Shown here piece by piece: positions 58,710 through 64,000 of a stretch of 64,000 nucleotides of DNA (within the stretch, counting starts at the first letter, position 1; every line of letters begins with the position of its first letter). Position numbers and translations under genes: made by a program. The notes below the pieces were generated by a model. That model was not told the origin of the DNA. It searched no databases and was given only the letters and a program-made list of their open reading frames with translations. This DNA comes from Bacteroidales bacterium (GTDB taxonomy: Bacteria > Bacteroidota > Bacteroidia > Bacteroidales > WCHB1-69). Location of the stretch: the NCBI GenBank assembly GCA_017525245.1, contig JAFXTE010000012.1:25605-89604 (forward strand). The letters are read 5' to 3'.

Positions 58710-59504
58710 ATGGTTGTTCTGATCACTGGGATTTCATCGGGTTTCGGTTTGGAGACCGCCCGGCTGCTTTCGCAAGAGGGACACACTGTTTATGGTACCG
58801 TTCGTCGCGACGTGGAGCCGCTGCCAGGGGTGCATTATCTGAAAGTGGATGTACGCGACCGCGAAGCTGTGGAAAATACTGTGCAGCAGATTGTTGGACA
58901 AGAAGGTTGTGTTGATGTGCTGGTCAACAATGCCGGCATGGGTATCGGTGGGCCTGTGGAGTTTGCCACCGAAGAGGAAATCCGTGAGCAGATGGACGCC
59001 AACTTCATGGGGCTGGTACATTTCGTGACCGCCGTGTTGCCCATAATGCGTAAGCAAGGAAAAGGCAAAATCATTGCGCTGAGCTCCATCGGCGGCGTGA
59101 TGGGACTGCCGTTCCAAGGTTTCTACTCCGCCAGCAAGTTTGCCATCGAGGGCTATTGCGAAGCGTTGCGGCTTGAGACACAACAGTTTGGTGTTCAGGT
59201 TGTGGTGGTGCGTCCGGGCGATTTCTCGACGGGCTTCACGGCCAGCCGGAAAAAGACCGCCGACACCGAGGCGATGCAGGTCTATCGCACCTACGCCGAA
59301 TCGATGGGGAAGGTGGAGCACGACGAAACCGGCGGTCTGAAACCGCAGGTGTTAGCGTCTAAAATCAGCCAAATTATCCGTAAAAAGAACCCGCGTCACG
59401 GCTATGTGGTGGCCTCGCTTGAGCAACGCCTTTCGGTGATTCTCAAACGCATCCTGCCGTCGCGCTGGTTCGCGAAAATCCTCGGAAGTTACTATAGATT
59501 GTAA
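58710..59504 (+). CDS. SDR oxidoreductase, candidate 3-ketodihydrosphingosine reductase
   Basis: TGISSGFG, VNNAG, YSASK; 2 bp after spt. Confidence 0.75.
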   Translation: MVVLITGISSGFGLETARLLSQEGHTVYGTVRRDVEPLPGVHYLKVDVRDREAVENTVQQIVGQEGCVDVLVNNAGMGIGGPVEFATEEEIREQMDANFMGLVHFVTAVLPIMRKQGKGKIIALSSIGGVMGLPFQGFYSASKFAIEGYCEALRLETQQFGVQVVVVRPGDFSTGFTASRKKTADTEAMQVYRTYAESMGKVEHDETGGLKPQVLASKISQIIRKKNPRHGYVVASLEQRLSVILKRILPSRWFAKILGSYYRL

Positions 59505-59527
59505 AAGATAAGGGTGCATTTTCCCAT

Positions 59528-59557
59528 TGTAGAGACGTGCCATGGCGCGTCTTTACA
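59528..59557. repeat. Variant REP palindrome overlapping the GNAT stop
   Basis: TGTAGAGACGTGCCATGGCGCGTCTTTACA. Confidence 0.75.
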
Positions 59558-60668
59558 CGTGACGTTTGTACGCCCTTCTGCGCATGAACGGGTGAGTGGT
59601 GTATTCCCCGAACAACGACTGTACCTTGTAGTTTTCCTCCAATTGCGGGTTCATGATGATGGTGTCGATGCCCCGTTTGATACAGTTCTCGTGCAGGTAT
59701 TTGAACAGCAGCACGGGTATTCCACATTGCTGATACTCAGGCATCACGCCCATGATGAGCGCTTCCAAGGTGTCGTTCTTTTTCAGCGCCTTCAGGATGT
59801 TGATAAAGCCGAAGGGAAAAAGGCGTCCGTTGGATTTTTTCACCGCCTTGGAGAGCGATGGCACGCAGAAGAGGAAACCGATGGGCTTGTCTTGGTCGTT
59901 GACGGCCACCGCCACGAAGTCCTTGTCCAAAATAGGCACGTAAGTGTTCAGGTAAGCGGCTATCTGTTTGTCAGTCAGCGGAGAGAAACCATGCAAGGGC
60001 GCGAATGCCTCGTTGTACATGTGGAAAATCTCCATGCCGTAGCGTTTGCCCATGTCTTTCATGCTCTTGGGCTGCACCACGTGTACGTTGGATCTTTCTT
60101 CGATCAGGTGGGCGAACTGGAACATGGAAGGGAGGGTAGGGCTCACGTCCAGTGTCCGTTGGGTCCAATCGACCTCCTTGGTGAAGCCGAGCTTTTCCAA
60201 CATGGGGCCGTAATAGGCATAGTTGTAGAGGCAGGTGAACGGGCTCAGATGCTCGAAACCTTCCACCAAAAGGCCTTCTTTGTCCATATCGGTGAATCCC
60301 CAGGGACCGCGCATATCGGTGCGTCCCCGTTGTCTGCCCCATTCGGCCACGGTGTCGATCAGCGCTTTCAGAACCGCCTCGTCTTCGATGAAGTCCAGCC
60401 AGCCGAAGCGGACGAGTTTCTGCTCGTCGTCGGCCTTGTGGTTGATGATGGCGGCCACGCGGCCCACAATCTCACTGCCGCGATAAGCCAGGAAGCAGTC
60501 TGCTTCGCAGAAATCGTAAGCCCCGTTTTTCTCGGGATTGAAAGTGTCGTATTCGTCGCCCTCCAACGCGGGCACCCAATTCACACAGTCTTTATACAAA
60601 TGAAGCGGAAAAGTCACAAACAGCTTCAGCTGCCTGCGACTTTCCACCTTAATAATATCAATATTCAT
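59553..60668 (-). CDS. GNAT-fold acyltransferase, candidate bacterial ceramide synthase
   Basis: FVTFPLHLY...WVPAL, GRVAAIIN, RFGWLD, GPWGFTDMDKEGLLVEGF, YNYAYY, GVMPEYQ, QLEEN. Confidence 0.75.
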   Translation of the reverse strand: MNIDIIKVESRRQLKLFVTFPLHLYKDCVNWVPALEGDEYDTFNPEKNGAYDFCEADCFLAYRGSEIVGRVAAIINHKADDEQKLVRFGWLDFIEDEAVLKALIDTVAEWGRQRGRTDMRGPWGFTDMDKEGLLVEGFEHLSPFTCLYNYAYYGPMLEKLGFTKEVDWTQRTLDVSPTLPSMFQFAHLIEERSNVHVVQPKSMKDMGKRYGMEIFHMYNEAFAPLHGFSPLTDKQIAAYLNTYVPILDKDFVAVAVNDQDKPIGFLFCVPSLSKAVKKSNGRLFPFGFINILKALKKNDTLEALIMGVMPEYQQCGIPVLLFKYLHENCIKRGIDTIIMNPQLEENYKVQSLFGEYTTHPFMRRRAYKRHV

Positions 60669-60671
60669 ATA

Positions 60672-60804
60672 CTAAAATCAATAATCAAAGCCCGATAACC
60701 TAATTCAACAACCAAAATCAATAACCAAAACCAATAACCAAAATCAATAACCAAAGCCCAATAACCTAATTCAATAACCAATAACCCATAACCCATAACC
60801 ATTA
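60672..60804. repeat. Long AATAACC/AAATCAA heptamer array
   Basis: Fills the ACP-GNAT spacer; the terminal TTA is the ACP stop. Confidence 0.85.
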
Positions 60805-61044
60805 AATAGTGGCATGTTCGCTCACATAGTCAATCACCTCTCCCACGGTCTCAAACTTTGGCGTGCCTTCGAACTTGAATCCGAACTTGTTCTCCACGGC
60901 GAGACTGAGGAGCAGGATGGTGAGGGAGTCGAGGCCGACGTCGCGGACGAGCTGTGAGTCTTCGGTCACGGAAGACAAATCCATGGAGGGTTTGATGAGA
61001 ATCAGGATTTCTTTCAGTTCTTTAAAAATAGCTTCTCTTTCCAT
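60802..61044 (-). CDS. Acyl carrier protein
   Basis: 80 aa, acidic; DVGLDSL phosphopantetheine motif; FETVGEVIDYV. Confidence 0.9.
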   Translation of the reverse strand: MEREAIFKELKEILILIKPSMDLSSVTEDSQLVRDVGLDSLTILLLSLAVENKFGFKFEGTPKFETVGEVIDYVSEHATI

Positions 61045-61048
61045 TATT

Positions 61049-62545
61049 TTATTGATTACGTGAAACTTTCAGAGCGCCAGTACGTTTGAAGTCCTCTTTG
61101 CGCACAGTGATTTTGCTGACTTGGTGTGTGCCGGGCAGTGTGGCGTTGACCTTGCCGACGAGTTCTTTGAAGTAAGCTTCCACCTTTTCCCAGGGCTCGT
61201 TGCCGAATTCTTCCATACGCGGCAGGATTTCGATGGCAATCACCTTGCGGCCGTCCATCTCGTCCTCTTTCACAAGGCAGTCGCGGAGCTTGTTGTCCTT
61301 GTAGAACGGTTCTTCGATGCTTTCGGGGCTGATGTTTTCGCCGTTGGAGAGGATGATGAGGTTTTTGATGCGACCCACGATGTACATGAAGCCGTCTTCG
61401 TCGAAGCGGACGAGGTCGCCGGTCTTGACCCAGCCGTCGGGCGTGAGGGTCTCGGCAGTCTTTTCGGGTTCGCCGTAATAGCCGAGGAACACGTTGTCGC
61501 CACGGAACCACAGCTCACCATCCACGACCTTGGCTTCCTGTTCCGGATAGAGCTTGCCGACAGATGTGGGTCTGGTTTTCACGTCGATGTTGCCGGTGGT
61601 GAGGTTGGCGCCTTCGGTCATGCCGTAGCCGCCGAAGAGGTTGATGCCCAGTTCGTCAAACTCGCCGATGAGTTTCGGGGGCACGTTGGCTGCGCCGGAG
61701 ATGATAACTTTCAGCTCGCCGCCAAGGAAAGGTTTGCCATACATCTTGACGAGTCCGAGGAGGATTTCGCAGATGCCGGGCACTGCCACGATCATGGTAG
61801 GTCTGATCACGGGCAGTTTGCCGATGGTGTCTTTGGTGTTGCCTACGGAATACCAGGAAGCCCCTTTGTAGAGAACCGACATAGTGCTGTAAATCAAACC
61901 GAAAACGTGGCTGAGAGGCAGCACGCAGGCGTAGCGGTGGCAACCGAGTTGGTGCCCCGGGGCATAGAGGCCGTTGAGTGCGCCGCGCATGATGGCACGG
62001 TGAGGGAGGATGGCGCCTTTGGGTGCGCCGGTGGTGCCGCCTGTGAAGAAGATGGCGGCGGGATCGTTTTTGTCAACCGTGGCGACCGGTGCGGTCTGGT
62101 CGGCGAGTTCCGTGATGGCGACGACTTTGCACGGCGCCTCTTTCACAGAATCCATAAAGGCATTGCCGGCGGCCAGCACCTTCACGCCGAACTTCATGCA
62201 GCAGCCGACGATGGCTTGCGCAGGCAGCATTGCCGGCAGGTTGATGGCCACATAGCCGGCTGAGGTGACGGCGAGGAACATCTCCACAGCATCTGTGGTG
62301 GAGTTGTCGAGGATGGCGACTTTGTCACCTTTCTGCAGGCCGAAGCTGTTGAGGAGGGCGCGTTTGCGTGCAACCCTCTCGCAGACTTGGCTGTATGTAT
62401 AAGTGTTCACCGTATCGGAAAGACACGGAAGATCAGACCATTTTTGTTCAATCCAAGTTACAAATTCCGGTATTGTGGGAATGTACTTCACCTGCGCGAG
62501 CTCCTCGGCAGGAAGCATTGACGGGAAATAATTGTTCTCTTGCAT
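61049..62545 (-). CDS. AMP-binding acyl-CoA/acyl-ACP synthetase
   Basis: FTGGTTGAPKG, LPLSH, GYGMTE, KTGD, GRIKNLIILSNGENI. Confidence 0.9.
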   Translation of the reverse strand: MQENNYFPSMLPAEELAQVKYIPTIPEFVTWIEQKWSDLPCLSDTVNTYTYSQVCERVARKRALLNSFGLQKGDKVAILDNSTTDAVEMFLAVTSAGYVAINLPAMLPAQAIVGCCMKFGVKVLAAGNAFMDSVKEAPCKVVAITELADQTAPVATVDKNDPAAIFFTGGTTGAPKGAILPHRAIMRGALNGLYAPGHQLGCHRYACVLPLSHVFGLIYSTMSVLYKGASWYSVGNTKDTIGKLPVIRPTMIVAVPGICEILLGLVKMYGKPFLGGELKVIISGAANVPPKLIGEFDELGINLFGGYGMTEGANLTTGNIDVKTRPTSVGKLYPEQEAKVVDGELWFRGDNVFLGYYGEPEKTAETLTPDGWVKTGDLVRFDEDGFMYIVGRIKNLIILSNGENISPESIEEPFYKDNKLRDCLVKEDEMDGRKVIAIEILPRMEEFGNEPWEKVEAYFKELVGKVNATLPGTHQVSKITVRKEDFKRTGALKVSRNQ

Positions 62546-62745
62546 ATCTCTGACTTTGTAATTTTTTGAGGGCGCAAAGATACACAAAATCTTAATTTCT
62601 GTTAATTTTTTTGCAGTGTGTGTTAATAGTATGCTGATAACCAGTGGATTAAACTACGGAATTCATCTCAGAGAGAGACTGGAAGAGTATAATGGCAAAA
62701 GGAAAGAAATACACTTTGTCCCGTTTCTGTTCCGATTTAAAACAC

Positions 62746-62774
62746 GTAGAGACGTTTCATGAAACGTCTCTACA
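62746..62774. repeat. REP palindrome next to the tRNA 3' fragment
   Basis: GTAGAGACGTTTCATGAAACGTCTCTACA. Confidence 0.9.
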
Positions 62775-62782
62775 AGGTTTCG

Positions 62783-62809
62783 CGGAGAGAGCGAGATTCG
62801 AACTCGCGG
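62783..62809 (-). other. 3' fragment of a tRNA-Ser-like gene: candidate att site
   Basis: Reverse complement CCGCGAGTTCGAATCTCGCTCTCTCCG = T-arm + acceptor 3' strand only; no anticodon arm or 5' half adjacent. Confidence 0.8.
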
Positions 62810-63189
62810 TTATATCGCCCCCTCCATATTGTCAAGATTATTTTTGCAAATATCTGAATGTTAATTATTTACAATTTTATCTTTTAGTCAAATTTGCATT
62901 GCTTTGTCTCATTTCTGTCTCAGTACAAAGCAATAAAAATAACTGATTTTCAATCAGTTATCAGCATATTGATTTCGACGTTTTTACCGTGGTAAGAACG
63001 GCGTTTTTTATAATCTTTCAAAGAGCGTAATTTTTTTTTCGTTGAATGCGGTTGTATTTGAAAAATAACTATCTTGCACCCAGCAAGTTACAACAAAAAA
63101 ATGCTGCAAAATTTGCTGCATTTTTTTGCTACAAATTTTGCTGCAAAAATACATAGTTTTTTGGAATTAACATTTTAAATTCCAGCCTT

Positions 63190-63504
63190 ATGGTAAAAAA
63201 AAATTACGTGCTCACAGAGCAGGCACTAAAGGTGCTAAAAAGACCTGATGTAAAACCGATGCTTATGGTATTTTTTAGAGTAAGAGATGCCAGAACCATT
63301 GATTCGTACATTGCAAACAACGTTCCGTATGGTCCGTTGATGAACATTCATGTCAAGGAACTGTTACAGTTTCTTGTACCCGATTTGCCCGAAAAGTCAA
63401 TCTACCGCAGACTGACACCGGAAGAAGAGGACGCACTAAACAGGACAATGCCGGAATACAAGCAAAGAAAACGCCAAAATGAACAAGATGGAGAAAACCA
63501 TTAA
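63190..63504 (+). CDS. Hypothetical protein of the integrated element
   Basis: 104-aa ORF, first of an overlapping gene run. Confidence 0.6.
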   Translation: MVKKNYVLTEQALKVLKRPDVKPMLMVFFRVRDARTIDSYIANNVPYGPLMNIHVKELLQFLVPDLPEKSIYRRLTPEEEDALNRTMPEYKQRKRQNEQDGENH

Positions 63505-63697
63505 ACAGGTGATGAAGCACCTGCTATTACTGTCCGGCTACCTTGTCATCCTCAAGGTTTTCGGATGGCTGACAAAAGGATGGCTGTTCGCTCTCGCCCC
63601 GCTGCTGGTAGTGGCGGCGGCGAGGCTTGCGGCCTTCACCGTATTGCTCACACAATATATAATAGAAAGACATGGCACAAAGAAAGGCAATCAGTAA
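63479..63697 (+). CDS. Small two-TM membrane protein
   Basis: Two hydrophobic stretches and a basic C-terminus; overlaps both neighbours. Confidence 0.55.
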   Translation: MNKMEKTIKQVMKHLLLLSGYLVILKVFGWLTKGWLFALAPLLVVAAARLAAFTVLLTQYIIERHGTKKGNQ

Positions 63698-63905
63698 GGA
63701 TCTGCGGCGGTTCCTGCCGCACGGCTACGGACGGGTGCTGGCCGACGAGTTCGGCTGCAGCATCAGCAAGGTTTATCATGTGGTGACGGGCCAGCTGACA
63801 GACTACCGCATCCTGGAAGCCCTGCTCGACATCATAGAGAGGAACGCCGCCCTCGAAAGACGGCTTGAACGGCGCACCAAAACCACCAAAACCAAGGAGC
63901 AATGA
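63672..63905 (+). CDS. Small Cro/HTH-like protein
   Basis: LPHGYGRVLADEFGCSISKVYHVVTG pattern. Confidence 0.6.
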   Translation: MAQRKAISKDLRRFLPHGYGRVLADEFGCSISKVYHVVTGQLTDYRILEALLDIIERNAALERRLERRTKTTKTKEQ

Positions 63906-64000
63906 TCAAGATATACAAGGACTGGAACTTCCCCGACACGCAGTATGTCCGGGAAGCGACCGAGAAGAGACAGATAGTGCTGCACCACACCGTCTCCGGC
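63902..64000 (+). CDS. N-acetylmuramoyl-L-alanine amidase (Amidase_2-like), 3'-truncated by the window
   Basis: ATGA overlap with the previous stop; MIKIYKDWNFPDTQYVREATEKRQIVLHHTVSG containing the IVLHHT zinc-ligand motif. Confidence 0.65.
   Translation, partial: MIKIYKDWNFPDTQYVREATEKRQIVLHHTVSG

Larger units (their letters stand above)
62810..64000. mobile_element. Left end of an integrated element (prophage-like), continuing past the window
   Basis: Starts at the tRNA fragment; AT-rich spacer followed by short overlapping genes with HTH, TM and amidase features. Confidence 0.7.

Noticed and set aside
6412-62774. 30-bp palindromic repeat as a CRISPR repeat
   Set aside because: Copies are kilobases apart, with no spacer array and no cas genes.
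62783-62809. Functional tRNA gene
   Set aside because: Only the T-arm and acceptor 3' strand are present; treated as an att fragment.
62692-62946. 84-aa ORF containing [10 protein letters not shown]
   Set aside because: Translation of the REP and the tRNA fragment; the same peptide appears in other spurious ORFs (28867, 37065, 38889).

Overview
A 64-kb chromosomal segment of a Bacteroidota (Bacteroidales-like) bacterium, judged from TAnnTTTG promoters, T9SS-sorted proteins and gene content. Most of it is housekeeping: mutL, lysC, tex, nrnA plus three FKBPs, dus, hflX, a partial dcw cluster (mraZ to ftsW, with only a degenerate MurD C-terminal domain), an ABC-F ATPase, tRNA-Ser(TGA) and a CAT-anticodon tRNA. 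Five accessory or unusual parts stand out. (1) At 1-3955, a protein made of two degenerate type I N6-methyltransferase (HsdM-like) modules, an HsdS-like domain and a histidine kinase, followed by a receiver protein with a possible HEPN-like output domain. This is the best candidate for an undescribed sensing/defence system. (2) An ABC-ATPase + TOPRIM-like gene pair next to an NRPS reductase remnant. (3) A compact putative sphingolipid cluster (SPT, SDR, GNAT/bCerS-like, ACP, acyl ligase) divergent from an MMPL + LolA-like pair. (4) A GTAG-type REP palindrome family, including a ~96-bp composite element that carries a promoter box in front of three genes, plus many 6-8-bp tandem arrays. (5) The left edge of an element integrated at a tRNA-Ser (att fragment 62783-62809) with phage-like genes. 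All calls come from reading motifs by eye; no searches were run.
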